A stretch of 64,000 nt of DNA from an uncultured Verrucomicrobiae bacterium (GCA_963764165.1 CAVXRD010000002.1:160001-224000); one strand, 5' to 3'; counted from the first letter of the stretch, positions 19,898-30,402 are shown. Notes: generated by a model from the sequence alone, not told the origin. Numbers and translations are program-made.

Positions 19898-20227
19898 TTA
19901 TCTGTGGAGCGAATCGAGGTATTTCTGATACTGCTTCTGCTGCCGTTCCCAGGTTTCCAGGATTTTGTCATATCTATCTTCTTGGGCGGCCTGGCGTTTG
20001 ACGACTTGCTCCTCTTGTTGCTGGAGGGCATCGGCGCGTTTATGCATGTCTTCCTGCTCCTTGAGCAATTCGTTGTAGCGTTTTGCTCTCGCCAATTGGT
20101 CTTCGGTCAGTTTCTGGTAGTTGGCGTTGTCGGCGCTCGATTGCGCCGTGACTGGGGACGTTGTCAGAAAACAGATGACCGCCACTCCCGCTGCGATCCC
20201 GCCCGAAATGAACATTATTCGTTTCAT
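19898..20227 (-). CDS. Small secreted coiled-coil hypothetical protein
   Basis: Signal-peptide-like N-terminus, Q/E-rich helix. Confidence 0.65.
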   Translation of the reverse strand: MKRIMFISGGIAAGVAVICFLTTSPVTAQSSADNANYQKLTEDQLARAKRYNELLKEQEDMHKRADALQQQEEQVVKRQAAQEDRYDKILETWERQQKQYQKYLDSLHR

Positions 20228-20361
20228 AGAGAATTCCGTTGCAGGGGGCTGCGCTCGAATCCTTCAACAAGCGACGTTCGCATAACGTAGCGCACGTCAG
20301 GAATAGAATCAACGGGGCCAGGCGGAGCGGAAGAACCGCCGCGTCAGGCAGTGGGAAGCGC

Positions 20362-22155
20362 CTACGGCAAATTAAAGGTCTTGCGCTGATTCTGATATTC
20401 CAGCGTCACTGCCGAAGGACTGATGTCTAACACACGGCAGCCGCCAACGACATCATTGATCGACGCCGTTTGGCCGCTGATGAGCGCGCTCGGATGTTTG
20501 GCGGAGTAAAAGATGGCCTGCACTTTGATTCGATCCAGCGCCGTTTTTTCCGGCGCTTTGACCGGCGCGGGTTTGGGAGTTTCGACCGGGACGACGGCTG
20601 CGGGAGCGGGCGCAGGTTGAGGAGCGGGTTCAGGGCCTTTCACCTCGGCAACTTTTGCGGGAGGGATATCCGCCGGAGCCGCGTGCCGCAATGCCGAGGG
20701 GATCTGCTCGGCCACTTCCTCCGATTTTGGCGTCGTCGCTTTCAACCGGGCGATCTCAAACCACGCAAAGCCCCCTGCCGCAGCGCAGACACCCATGCCG
20801 ATGGCGACCCAGCGCGAAACGGATTGCAAGACGCGCGCTTTTTCCGCCTCTTCCGGCGGGGCAAATTTATGGACGTTCCGAGCAGGGACAGGGGCCGGGG
20901 CGGCTTTTTTTGCAGTGGGGGCGGCCGTCGCCTTGGCATGCAGCATTCGAGTCTCAAACGCCAGCGATTCGGGATTGCGGTGACCTTCGCGCCACGCTTC
21001 CAGACGATCCTCCATCCCGATTTGCTGAAGGTAGGCCAGGTCAACCTCTGGGACCGGCAAATCGTCGGCGGTTAACGGAACACCTTCGTATTCAAGCGCG
21101 TTGGCTACATGAACCGCCGTCAGCGCCGTAAATCTGTCGTCGCTCGAACGGGCCGGATGATGATGATTGGCCGCAATTTGGGTCACGTCCGGAGAGATGC
21201 CCCAAAGTCCCAGCAGGTATGCCCCGATCTCCCCGTGACTTGCCCCGAAAATCTCCTTCTCCACCTCCCACAACGGCACGCGTTGTTTCCGGGCGATGGT
21301 GTGCGCACCGTGGTATTGATCGTCAAAATTGGCGGCGAGGATGACTTTGCCCAAATCGTGCATCAAGCCGGCGGTGTAGGCGTGGCCGCTGATTTGCGTG
21401 TCGCCCGTTTCCAACATGGCCAGCGCTTTTGCGGTTTGGGCGACATTGGTGCTATGCTTCCAGATGCTGTCGATGGAAAAGTAGACCGGCTTCACCTTGT
21501 CGTATTGGTTCAGCATTTTCACGGTCATGATAAGCGACTTGACCGTCTCAAATCCAAGGATGCCAACAGCTTCCGTCGGGTCCGTAATCGTCCGAGGCAG
21601 CCCGAAGTATGCCGAATTGAGCACCTGCACCAGTTTGGTTGTCATTGCCATGTCCTTGGCGATGATGTTCCCAATGTCTTCGGTGGTGGCGTTGGGATCA
21701 TTCAGGGCGCTGACCACGTCGAGATAAAGGGAGGGAATGGAGGGGAAGGTTCGAATGCGGCCAACCAGCTCGCGCATGCTCTGGCTCATCCCATAGCTCT
21801 CAGCCACAGAGCGTTCGATAACCGTCTTGGTTATCGCGCGGTTGTAAGGAATCGGCAGGAATTGGTGTCCGCCCAAAACATGGCAGACGACTTTTTCCCG
21901 CTGCGACTCGGCTGCGGCGATGAAACGCAGCGTTTTGGGATTGGCGATGCGAAGCTGGTTCAGCAACTCGGCGCCATCCAATTCCGGCAAATCATAAACG
22001 GCGACGATGGCATCGAACGGGCGCTTGTCGGCTTCCGCCAACGCCGCGCGGCCGTCGCCCACGCCGACCACGGTCCAAGATTCGCCGAGCGTTTGGCGAA
22101 ATTCTTCCCATGCGGCTTGGTTGGGATCGGCTATCAGTATTCGTTTGTCACCCAT
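20362..22155 (-). CDS. Receiver-HDOD protein with TM helix and C-terminal GspB-like periplasmic domain
   Basis: REC-like N-terminus, NSAYFG and GLMHDLGK HDOD motifs, TM WVAIGMGVCAAAGGFAWF, Pro/Ala linker, IFYSAKHPSALISG...VLDISPSAVTL. Confidence 0.85.
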   Translation of the reverse strand: MGDKRILIADPNQAAWEEFRQTLGESWTVVGVGDGRAALAEADKRPFDAIVAVYDLPELDGAELLNQLRIANPKTLRFIAAAESQREKVVCHVLGGHQFLPIPYNRAITKTVIERSVAESYGMSQSMRELVGRIRTFPSIPSLYLDVVSALNDPNATTEDIGNIIAKDMAMTTKLVQVLNSAYFGLPRTITDPTEAVGILGFETVKSLIMTVKMLNQYDKVKPVYFSIDSIWKHSTNVAQTAKALAMLETGDTQISGHAYTAGLMHDLGKVILAANFDDQYHGAHTIARKQRVPLWEVEKEIFGASHGEIGAYLLGLWGISPDVTQIAANHHHPARSSDDRFTALTAVHVANALEYEGVPLTADDLPVPEVDLAYLQQIGMEDRLEAWREGHRNPESLAFETRMLHAKATAAPTAKKAAPAPVPARNVHKFAPPEEAEKARVLQSVSRWVAIGMGVCAAAGGFAWFEIARLKATTPKSEEVAEQIPSALRHAAPADIPPAKVAEVKGPEPAPQPAPAPAAVVPVETPKPAPVKAPEKTALDRIKVQAIFYSAKHPSALISGQTASINDVVGGCRVLDISPSAVTLEYQNQRKTFNLP

Positions 22156-22195
22156 TTGATCCTCTGAGCGCGATTCGTTTGCAGCATTACGAACT

Positions 22196-22223
22196 GTATC
22201 GGCGGAAATGTCCTGAAACTTTA
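22196..22223 (-). promoter_or_regulatory. Sigma-28 (FliA) promoter
   Basis: Minus strand TAAA-N16-GCCGATAC, 40 bp upstream of the HDOD gene. Confidence 0.7.
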
Positions 22224-22300
22224 AGATCCACTCAACGCTTGGCGCGCAGCTATTTCCGTCAAATCAGCGCCATCGCCATTTGCGGGCATCCATTTAGCGC

Positions 22301-23542
22301 TCACCCTGCCGGAATGTTGAATAACCGAATCCAGCGCTCGGCCGCATTTGGCAGGCCAATGCGGGTAAAATACTCGGCGCTCAGCCCCCGCGGAACGGCG
22401 GATGGCGCGTGGGAAATGACATTCGCCGCATGCACCGCGGAGAGCAGTGTAAAGGCCCGGTCTGGCGAACGTTCCGGTTCGTGATGCCATGCCACGGCTT
22501 CAAGAATCCCCAGCGGCAATCCCCACGACGCCAGCAAACACGCGCCAACCGCAGCATGGGTGGCCCCGAAAACTTCCATTTCCGCCGCCGCGTCGGAAAG
22601 ATGTTTCACGCTCCGCAGGGTGCGCGCCTCGCGATAACGATCCGGCAAGTTTCCCGCGAGAATGACTTTCCCCATATCGTGCAGCACGCCTGCGGTGAAA
22701 GCCGCCTCCGCCATCGCGGCGCTCTTGGTTTCCGCGAGCGCAATGGCCCGCGCGCAGACGCCCGCCTGGATGCTGTGTGTCATGAGGGCGTCCATTGAAG
22801 GAATGGCCTCCCCGCTTTCCTTGTATTGCGAGAAAACTCCGGCCAGGAGGATGAGCGATTTAATCCGTTCCGTCCCAAGAATCATGACGGCGTCCATCAT
22901 ATCGGTCACCTCCCGCGCGAGGCCGAAAAAGGCCGAGTTGACCAATTGCAGCATCTTGGCCGACATGACAGGATCCTGGCGGATAAGGTATGCCAGCATG
23001 TCAAGGGAACTGTCGGACGACCGCAATTCCTCGGTGACTTGCGTGTAAAGCCGCGGCATGGCGGGCAGCTTGTGAATGTGAGGAAGAATTTGTTTGACCG
23101 CCGGGTCAGCCATCCACTCGCGCAAGCGGACATTCCGCAATAGCGCGGAAGCCAGGGCGCTCGCGTCGATGGTGCTGGCGATGATGGGCAGCCCGCTTCC
23201 CTTCCACGCTTCCACTGCCGGTTTCGAGGCAAGATCACAACGAACGACACATGCGATATCCGGCCGTTCCTTGCGGATGGACTGAATCCATTCCCGCGCT
23301 CCCGCCACGCTGCCCTCGATGACGACCGCATCGGCGGAATTCCATTCCGGCTTCATAGGGCCGAGCCGCGCATCAGTGGCCAGCGCGCAACTCCAGGAGG
23401 GATAAAGGCATCCCATATCTCGCTTCACTTGCCCGAACCAAAGGGAATCGACGCCTAGGAAAAGAATTTGCGAAAGCGTCCCTGCCGTCTGGTTGCTTGC
23501 CGTTGTTTGCGAATCCATAGCCTTTTGACTTTTGGTTGACAT
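22301..23542 (-). CDS. HDOD domain protein with degenerate receiver-like N-terminus
   Basis: LPAMPRLY, LVNSAFFG, GVLHDMGK, WHHEP; start uncertain. Confidence 0.85.
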   Translation of the reverse strand: MSTKSQKAMDSQTTASNQTAGTLSQILFLGVDSLWFGQVKRDMGCLYPSWSCALATDARLGPMKPEWNSADAVVIEGSVAGAREWIQSIRKERPDIACVVRCDLASKPAVEAWKGSGLPIIASTIDASALASALLRNVRLREWMADPAVKQILPHIHKLPAMPRLYTQVTEELRSSDSSLDMLAYLIRQDPVMSAKMLQLVNSAFFGLAREVTDMMDAVMILGTERIKSLILLAGVFSQYKESGEAIPSMDALMTHSIQAGVCARAIALAETKSAAMAEAAFTAGVLHDMGKVILAGNLPDRYREARTLRSVKHLSDAAAEMEVFGATHAAVGACLLASWGLPLGILEAVAWHHEPERSPDRAFTLLSAVHAANVISHAPSAVPRGLSAEYFTRIGLPNAAERWIRLFNIPAG

Positions 23543-23684
23543 TAGGGCATCCAACTCTTTCTGGCAATCAAACGACTTCCAGAGGCTCGTTTCAAAATTT
23601 TGACAGGAGAATTCTGTCTCACACCCATCAAGAGAATCGCCGCCCAATTTTCCTTGCCGCAAAGCCTGTTCAGGCCGATAGTAT

Positions 23685-26600
23685 GTGACAACCGAACCGA
23701 AAGACGTGAATTTTTACGATCTGGAGGCAGCAGCCAGCCAACTCGCAACGTGCCCAAACGACTCGGATGCGCCCTCGCGAGTCGCCTCTTTCCGCGCATC
23801 CGAAAGCGGAGTGAGAGTTGTTCTCGCCTTGCTTAGGTTTTCCCGGCTGCTTCTGATTTTGTCGCTCTTCCTGCCGCTTTCCGGCAAGTGTGACACGACG
23901 AAGGTGGGGAGCGTGAAGGATTCATTCATTCTCTCCGTGTGGCAGAGTGATCGATCGGACCTGCCGGATTATGCCTTCACGACCGCCGCCCAGACGCCAG
24001 ACGGCTACCTGTGGTTCGGGAGTTTTCAAAATGTCTCGCGCTTCGACGGCAAGCAATTCACGATCTTCGACGCCTCCACCACGCACGACCTTCCGGGCGA
24101 CCTGGTGCGCGCACTCATCACCGACCCCAGCGGCGCGCTTTGGGCTGGGACGGACAAAGGCGTCGCGCGCTGGAAGGATGGCCAATGGAAATCCTACACG
24201 TCTGCCCAAGGGCTCCCGCCTGATGGCTTGGTTTGGTCTATTGCAACGGACTCGCGCTCGAATGTTTGGGCCTGCACGGGAACGCAGATTTACCAGCTTA
24301 AGGATGACAGGTTCGTCCTTATTCATGGTCCTGACCGTGGAGCGGACAATTCGCGCGTCAACTGCAAAGTTGGATCGGACGACACTCTTTGGATTTACAG
24401 CTACCATTATGTGGGCGCCCTCCGCAACGGCTCGTGGCAGCCGATTGTCTCTGGCAAAGACAATTATGTCAGTGGCGTCTGCGCCGGCGCCAACGGGGGA
24501 TTATGGGTCACGGACTACTCGCACGCGCGTCTGTGGAAAGATGGGAAATGGAGCCGTGAACTTCTCATTCCGGAGGCCTTTCGGGATAATTCTTTCGGCC
24601 CATTCGAGGACTCCCAGGGGAATCTTTGGCTGGGAGGATACGACAATGGCGTCGTGGTCTTCCTGACAGACGGGCGCGTGCTTGGCTGCACGACAGCGGA
24701 TGGTTTGGAAAATAATTCCACACTGACGATCTTTGAAGATTGGCAGGGCCAGATTTGGATTGGCTCCAATGGCGGAGGTTTGGCCAGGCTCCGGATTCGC
24801 AATGTCACCACATTCGATGTGAGCGAAGGGTTGACCCAATCCATCGTCGACACTATGGCCGAAGTTTTTCCGGGCCATTATCTGGTTGGCACGCATGGCG
24901 GGGGAGCGCTGCCGTTTGATGGCAGGAAATTTGGCCCCGCCATCATCGGGCCCGCCGCGCCCGACACGTCCACTGTAGGACAATTGTCGCAGCGCTCATG
25001 GGTGCATTCCCTGGTCAACGATTCGACGGGAGCAAGTTGGGCCGGCACATACGGCGATGGCTTGTTTCGCTATTCAAACAGTGTGGTGGAGCATTTCCCA
25101 TTGAAAGCGCCGGACTATGACATCATTTATGCCATGCTGGTTGATTCGAAGGATCGTCTCTGGCTCGGCACCGAGGCGGGATTGGTTTGCCGGGACAAGG
25201 GTCAATTAACTTACTACGGAACCAACTCGGGGTTGCCTTCACCTGTCAACGGAAAATTTCGTTCTCTGGCCGAAGATGGGCAAGGGAACATTTGGGTCGG
25301 CGGCCCTTACACGGAGCCATTGCGATTGGAGGGCGATCGTTTTGCCCCCGTTGCCGCACCCGTTTCCAACGGATGGCCCGTGTATGCCTTCTTCACCAGC
25401 CGTGACGGTTCGCTGTGGATTTCCACCAGCCAGCGCCGATTGCTGCGGCTGCTCACAGGTCATTGGACTGTTTATGCGGAGAAGGACGGCTACCCCAATG
25501 CGCTGGCCACCGCAATCCTGGAGGATGATTCGGGCAACATCTGGCTCGGCGCGGGCAACGGCATCATCCGCCTGTCACGCGCCACGCTGGACGCAATCGC
25601 CGCCGGCCAGAATACCCAATTGGAATGCGTGCTGTTCGACAAGGGGGATGGGATGAAAAGCGCGCTTTGCCATCGCGGCTTTCAACCAGCGGGCTTCAAG
25701 AGTTCCGATGGCCGGCTGTGGTTTGCGACCATGCATGGTTTGGACATGGTGGATCCCCGGCACGTCGTGGTGAAGAGCAGGCCGGCATTGACGTGGATTG
25801 AAAAAGCCGAATGCGACACCGGCACCATTCTCCCACTGCAACGAGGATCGCCGCCTCACTTCACCGTGCCGCCGGGCAGCAAGCGGCTGACCATTTATTA
25901 TGCGGGGATCGACCTGACCGCTTCGGAGGATCTGCAATACCAATATCGCCGGGACGGGTTGGACAAGGAGTGGGTCAATGCCGGCACCGAACACGTTGCC
26001 CGGTTGTTTGATCTTCGACCCGGCCATTACAGCTTCACCGTGCGCGCCAGCAACAAGCAAGGAACCTGGAGCCAGGCTCAAGCCACCGTGGCCTTCGACG
26101 TCCAACCCTTTGTGTGGCAGACGGCTTGGTTCCGCACGGTGGCGCTTTTGCTCCTGATGGCGGGGGTGGCGGCAACGGTGTGGGGAGTCGTCAGCGCACG
26201 CCACCGCCGGGATGCGCAAGAGCGAGCCCTGAAGGAAGAACGAGCCCAATCCGCCGCCCTTCTGAAAGCCAAGGAAGCGACGGAGCACGCCTTGCGGCGA
26301 TTCGAAGCCGTTCTTGAAAATGCCTCCTTTGTCGCCATTCAAGGGTGCGATTTGCATGGGACCATTGTCCACTGGAACGCCGCCAGCGAAGTGCTCTTTG
26401 GATATTCCCGCAAGGAGGCGCTCGGCGCGCGTCTCCAAGACTTGGTGCTCGCCAAGAAGCATGTCGCCGAATTCGAGAAACTTCTCGAGAAAGTCAGGCA
26501 AACCAGCCAGGCCTGCCCGCCCAGCGAATGGAGCGTCCGTGCGCGCTCAGGCGCGGAGCGCTTGGTTTATCTCTCCGCCTTCGCGATTCGGGGAGAGCGC

Positions 26601-27800
26601 AATGCCATCGAAATATTTTGCATGGAGGTGGACATTACGGAACGCAAGGAATTGGAGATAGAATTGCGGCAGGCGCAAAAAATGGAGGCCATCGGCCAAT
26701 TGGCCGGCGGCGTGGCGCACGATTTCAACAACATCCTGACTGTCATCCAAGGAAACGTCGGGCTTATGTTGGAAGATTACGCTGACGCACCAGCCGAAAT
26801 GATCGCCTCCCTTGAGGAAGTGGCGGGGGCGGCGAACCGCGCCGCCAATCTCATCCGGCAACTGCTCGCCTTCGGGCGGCGGCAACTGTTGAACACGGCC
26901 CCGCTGGAACTCAACCAAAGCGTGGACAGTCTTTCCAAGATGCTTCGGCGGGTTTTGGGTGAACACATTGCCTTGCAGGTCCAGTTCTCGCCGGATCGTC
27001 CCTGGATCATGGCCGATCCGAGCATGGTCGAGCAGATTATCTTGAATCTGGCCGTCAACGCCCGCGATGCCATGCCCAATGGCGGAACGCTTGCCGTCAG
27101 CACGGCGCTGATTCGGGTGGATCAAGAATACATTCGCCATCATCCCGAAGCGCGCGAGGGAGAGTTTGCCCGCCTTTCGGTCGCCGATACCGGCTGCGGC
27201 ATGGCGGAAAGCACATTGAATCGAATTTTCGAGCCGTTCTTCACCACCAAAGAAATGGGAAAAGGAACGGGACTGGGACTGGCCACGGTTTACGGCATCA
27301 CCAAGCAGCATCAGGGCTGGGTTGAAGTTCAAAGCAAGCCGGGGCAAGGGGCTGCCTTCAGCGTTTTCTTCCCGACTTGCCCGCCGGGAAAGACCGAGGC
27401 CAAGGCCGCCCCCGCCATTGTGCGCGGAGGCAGCGAAACCATTTTAGTGGTCGAGGACGAACCCGAGGTGCGGGGCTTGGTGAGGGATTGCTTGCGGCAT
27501 TATGGCTATCAGGTTTTGGAAGCCGGGCATGGGCCCGAGGCGCTCACCATTTGGAAGCAGCACCGCGAAGGCATCGATCTTGTGCTCACTGACATGGTGA
27601 TGCCCGGCGGCATGTCCGGCGGCGACCTGGCCAAGAAGCTGAAACAAGACCGGGGCGGACTGCGAGTCCTTTTCTCCAGCGGCTACAGCGACCAAATGGC
27701 AATCGAGGGCGTGCGTCTCGAAAAGGGCGACGGGTATCTTGCCAAACCCTACGACCCCGTCAAATTGGCCATCGCCGTTCGCGGTTGTTTGGATGGGTGA
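23685..27800 (+). CDS. Hybrid sensor histidine kinase (beta-propeller, YYY, PAS, HisKA, HATPase, REC)
   Basis: Repeated D..G.LW.G propeller units, GHYSFTVRA, TM, AGGVAHDFNN, NLAVNARDAM, GTGLGL, LVLTDMVMPG; true start may be later (~23811). Confidence 0.93.
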   Translation: MTTEPKDVNFYDLEAAASQLATCPNDSDAPSRVASFRASESGVRVVLALLRFSRLLLILSLFLPLSGKCDTTKVGSVKDSFILSVWQSDRSDLPDYAFTTAAQTPDGYLWFGSFQNVSRFDGKQFTIFDASTTHDLPGDLVRALITDPSGALWAGTDKGVARWKDGQWKSYTSAQGLPPDGLVWSIATDSRSNVWACTGTQIYQLKDDRFVLIHGPDRGADNSRVNCKVGSDDTLWIYSYHYVGALRNGSWQPIVSGKDNYVSGVCAGANGGLWVTDYSHARLWKDGKWSRELLIPEAFRDNSFGPFEDSQGNLWLGGYDNGVVVFLTDGRVLGCTTADGLENNSTLTIFEDWQGQIWIGSNGGGLARLRIRNVTTFDVSEGLTQSIVDTMAEVFPGHYLVGTHGGGALPFDGRKFGPAIIGPAAPDTSTVGQLSQRSWVHSLVNDSTGASWAGTYGDGLFRYSNSVVEHFPLKAPDYDIIYAMLVDSKDRLWLGTEAGLVCRDKGQLTYYGTNSGLPSPVNGKFRSLAEDGQGNIWVGGPYTEPLRLEGDRFAPVAAPVSNGWPVYAFFTSRDGSLWISTSQRRLLRLLTGHWTVYAEKDGYPNALATAILEDDSGNIWLGAGNGIIRLSRATLDAIAAGQNTQLECVLFDKGDGMKSALCHRGFQPAGFKSSDGRLWFATMHGLDMVDPRHVVVKSRPALTWIEKAECDTGTILPLQRGSPPHFTVPPGSKRLTIYYAGIDLTASEDLQYQYRRDGLDKEWVNAGTEHVARLFDLRPGHYSFTVRASNKQGTWSQAQATVAFDVQPFVWQTAWFRTVALLLLMAGVAATVWGVVSARHRRDAQERALKEERAQSAALLKAKEATEHALRRFEAVLENASFVAIQGCDLHGTIVHWNAASEVLFGYSRKEALGARLQDLVLAKKHVAEFEKLLEKVRQTSQACPPSEWSVRARSGAERLVYLSAFAIRGERNAIEIFCMEVDITERKELEIELRQAQKMEAIGQLAGGVAHDFNNILTVIQGNVGLMLEDYADAPAEMIASLEEVAGAANRAANLIRQLLAFGRRQLLNTAPLELNQSVDSLSKMLRRVLGEHIALQVQFSPDRPWIMADPSMVEQIILNLAVNARDAMPNGGTLAVSTALIRVDQEYIRHHPEAREGEFARLSVADTGCGMAESTLNRIFEPFFTTKEMGKGTGLGLATVYGITKQHQGWVEVQSKPGQGAAFSVFFPTCPPGKTEAKAAPAIVRGGSETILVVEDEPEVRGLVRDCLRHYGYQVLEAGHGPEALTIWKQHREGIDLVLTDMVMPGGMSGGDLAKKLKQDRGGLRVLFSSGYSDQMAIEGVRLEKGDGYLAKPYDPVKLAIAVRGCLDG

Positions 27801-27805
27801 TTAGA

Positions 27806-28339
27806 ATGAGCGAAGGCCAGCCATCGCAGCGGAGCCGCGAAGATTGGACGGCGTTGGTTTACGATGAATTGCGGGCGCTTGCCGCTCAAAAGCTCGCGCA
27901 TGAATCACCCGGACAAACGCTTCAGGCCACGGCGCTCGTGCATGAGGCGTGGCTGCGCCTCGGCGGCGACCAGCAGCCTGCCTGGGAAAACCGGGCTCAT
28001 TTTTTCACCGCCGCAGCCGAGGCGATGCGTCGAATTCTTATTGACCGCGCGCGCCGCCGCGGCGCTATTCGGCACGGAGGCGACGTTAAACGAGTCAATC
28101 TCGAAGACGTGGAGTTGGCTTCCGATGCGGATGGTGAACAATTGCTGGCCTTGAACGATGCGCTGGAACAATTGGCCGAACACGACTCCGTCAAAGCGGA
28201 ATTAGTCAAATTGCGGTTCTTTGGCGGCCTTACCATCGAAGAGGCCGCCCGCGTGCTGGGTTTTTCGGAACCGACCGCCAAACGGCACTGGGCCTACGCA
28301 CGAGCATGGCTTTACCGCCGCATTAAAAACCCGGATTAG
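27806..28339 (+). CDS. ECF sigma factor, TIGR02999-like
   Basis: LVYDELRALA, TLQATALVHEAWLRL, AMRRILIDRAR, WAYARAWL. Confidence 0.9.
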   Translation: MSEGQPSQRSREDWTALVYDELRALAAQKLAHESPGQTLQATALVHEAWLRLGGDQQPAWENRAHFFTAAAEAMRRILIDRARRRGAIRHGGDVKRVNLEDVELASDADGEQLLALNDALEQLAEHDSVKAELVKLRFFGGLTIEEAARVLGFSEPTAKRHWAYARAWLYRRIKNPD

Positions 28340-28512
28340 CAGCGATGTTTGGCCGGGCGAGCCCGCCGACGAACCTGCCCGTCGAGCGCAACAGGGTGGC
28401 ATCCCAGAGGGGAAGCAGGCATTCATCGAGGGATGTGCCCGCCGCGCTCATCGGACGGGCTCATTGGCAGCATCGCCCTATCGAGATTAGCTCATAATCC
28501 TCGGGCCAGAAC

Positions 28513-28890
28513 TCAAGAATAGGAATTAATGGCCAGCTTTTGCTGGGCGGCGTAAGAGGACTGCACCCGGCGCAAATTGAAACGGGCTTGTTCGATGTGC
28601 CGCTTTCGCTCCTGCAATCGATGGCGGCGGGCGATCAGCATGTTGGCGTTTCGCGTCTGCATGGCTATCAGTTCGGAAATCTCGTTCGCAAACGGTTTGG
28701 AAGCAGCTTCAGCGGGATTCTCCGCGCGCCATTGTGCGACGTGGCGGCCAAGGCGGAGGCGCAATTCAGTTCGGGAATTTTGGACGGTGCGGAGGGCGGT
28801 CCAGTCGCCAAGGCGAATGGCGCGGTGTTCAGCCTGGGTCAGGCCGAGATATTCGCGGAGAGATTCGGCAATGTGCTGCCGATGGTTCAT
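28513..28890 (-). CDS. FlgN/FliT-like flagellar export chaperone
   Basis: Small helical protein directly after fliS; family assignment by context. Confidence 0.55.
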   Translation of the reverse strand: MNHRQHIAESLREYLGLTQAEHRAIRLGDWTALRTVQNSRTELRLRLGRHVAQWRAENPAEAASKPFANEISELIAMQTRNANMLIARRHRLQERKRHIEQARFNLRRVQSSYAAQQKLAINSYS

Positions 28891-28902
28891 GACGGAGCGA
28901 AG

Positions 28903-29337
28903 TTAAGCTGCCTCAGGTTGGTCGAGGAAATCGGCCGGGCGCGGTTCGCCGCCGTTGCGCAGCATTTGCGACCAGCTATCACGGATCGTGCGCAAACGCG
29001 CAATGACTTCGTCAATGGGCTCTTTTTGCTTCTTTCGGTTGGCCTCGCCGAGCCGGCGGTAAAAGTAATTATACAATTGGCGGAAATTTCCCGCCACTTC
29101 GCCGCCCGCGCGCATATTCAGAGCGGCGTTCAATTCGTGAATGATGGCCTGGGCGCGGACAAGATTATTGCTGATGGTCTGGTTGAAAAGGAGCGGGTCC
29201 TTGTGGTCGAAGCCGGTTTTCGCCTTTTCGAGGAAATTCAGCGCGCCATCATAGAGCATCAGGACAAGCTGGCCGGGCGTTGCCGTTTGCGTGGCAACTT
29301 TCCGGTAGGAGTCCCAGGGTTTGTTGCGGGAGATCAT
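28903..29337 (-). CDS. fliS: Flagellin chaperone FliS
   Basis: TATPGQLVLMLYDGAL, GGEVAGNFRQLYNY, IRDSWSQ. Confidence 0.92.
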   Translation of the reverse strand: MISRNKPWDSYRKVATQTATPGQLVLMLYDGALNFLEKAKTGFDHKDPLLFNQTISNNLVRAQAIIHELNAALNMRAGGEVAGNFRQLYNYFYRRLGEANRKKQKEPIDEVIARLRTIRDSWSQMLRNGGEPRPADFLDQPEAA

Positions 29338-29349
29338 AGGCGGTGCGTG

Positions 29350-29619
29350 TTACTGTCCGTCAGAAAGCATGGACGAAGCCAGTTGCCGCGACACCGCCGA
29401 AAGGGTGGCCGACGAGGGGTAATTAGGGTCTGCGATGAGGCTCTTGGCGCGCTCAACCATATCAGGCCGGCTGGCAGGAGTATTGTCGAGAGCGTGTTCC
29501 AAGGCCGACGAATTTGTTAAAGAGACTCGATCCGAAGCCATGTTAGGTGCGGGCGCGGAGCGCGGCGGGGTCGCCGGTCCATTAACGCCGTTAGTGCTCA
29601 GATTTGTATTGATTTCCAT
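29350..29619 (-). CDS. FlgM-like anti-sigma-28 factor
   Basis: 89 aa low-complexity protein with DRVSL and SRPDMVERAKSLI..PNY motifs; sigma-28 promoter upstream. Confidence 0.7.
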   Translation of the reverse strand: MEINTNLSTNGVNGPATPPRSAPAPNMASDRVSLTNSSALEHALDNTPASRPDMVERAKSLIADPNYPSSATLSAVSRQLASSMLSDGQ

Positions 29620-29677
29620 AAAATCAGCAGCCCCTAAACCTGTGAATTGTTATACATCATATCGACTGCCACCTGAC

Positions 29678-29704
29678 TTATCGGTTTGTGTCATCAAAAC
29701 TTTA
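29678..29704 (-). promoter_or_regulatory. Sigma-28 (FliA) promoter
   Basis: Minus strand TAAA-N15-ACCGATAA upstream of the flgM-like gene. Confidence 0.75.
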
Positions 29705-29706
29705 GG

Positions 29707-30402
29707 TCATCTCGCCGGCATTGTGGTCAAAAGCGCATGCAGCGTATATTGGCCAAACCGGCTCGGCGAACTCAATATAGCATTCGGATCGGGAATTGGC
29801 GATTGGGTTACGATGTGGTCGGACTCGTAAGAACGGGCGGAATTGGCCACGCTTTCGTCGCCGGCATCGAATACTTCGTCCGCCATCCAATGAATGTCGC
29901 GATCCTTGTTGTAAACGAGAGTCATTTTCCAGCCAACCGCCACCGGCTGATACGGCTGGTAACGGGTCAATTGATTGAAGAACACGCCCTGGCATCCCGT
30001 TTCTTCGCGGATGCGATCAAAGAAATCCGGCGGCAATTGTTCGTCTGCCCGCCACACGCGCTGGCCGGTCCAATTTTGCAATTGTTCCGGCGTCACCAAT
30101 ATCAATTCAAAGCGCTTCGCCTTGGACATTTCGGCCCGCAAGAGAGGCTGCAGGGAATCCACGCCCGCCTGGAAAGTCTCGGTGCGCTGCAAGGTGGCCA
30201 TCGGCAGGACAGCCACGCGGCGGACATCGGGATCGAGCACGGGGGATTTGCTGTAAATATTGCTCGGGTGATAGTGCGCAAGCACAGGCATCTTGAGCGG
30301 CGGCGTATCGCAGCCCACGGAAAGGCAAAGAAGGGCGAGACTCGGCATCAGCCAAGCCATCGCACGCCAGCGCCTTCGAACTTGATCAAGCAGCAGTATC
30401 AT
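29707..30402 (-). CDS. Putative lipoprotein in the flagellar cluster
   Basis: LSVGC lipobox; RRVAVLP motif seen in CsgG/TolB_N-like folds. Confidence 0.7.
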   Translation of the reverse strand: MILLLDQVRRRWRAMAWLMPSLALLCLSVGCDTPPLKMPVLAHYHPSNIYSKSPVLDPDVRRVAVLPMATLQRTETFQAGVDSLQPLLRAEMSKAKRFELILVTPEQLQNWTGQRVWRADEQLPPDFFDRIREETGCQGVFFNQLTRYQPYQPVAVGWKMTLVYNKDRDIHWMADEVFDAGDESVANSARSYESDHIVTQSPIPDPNAILSSPSRFGQYTLHALLTTMPAR

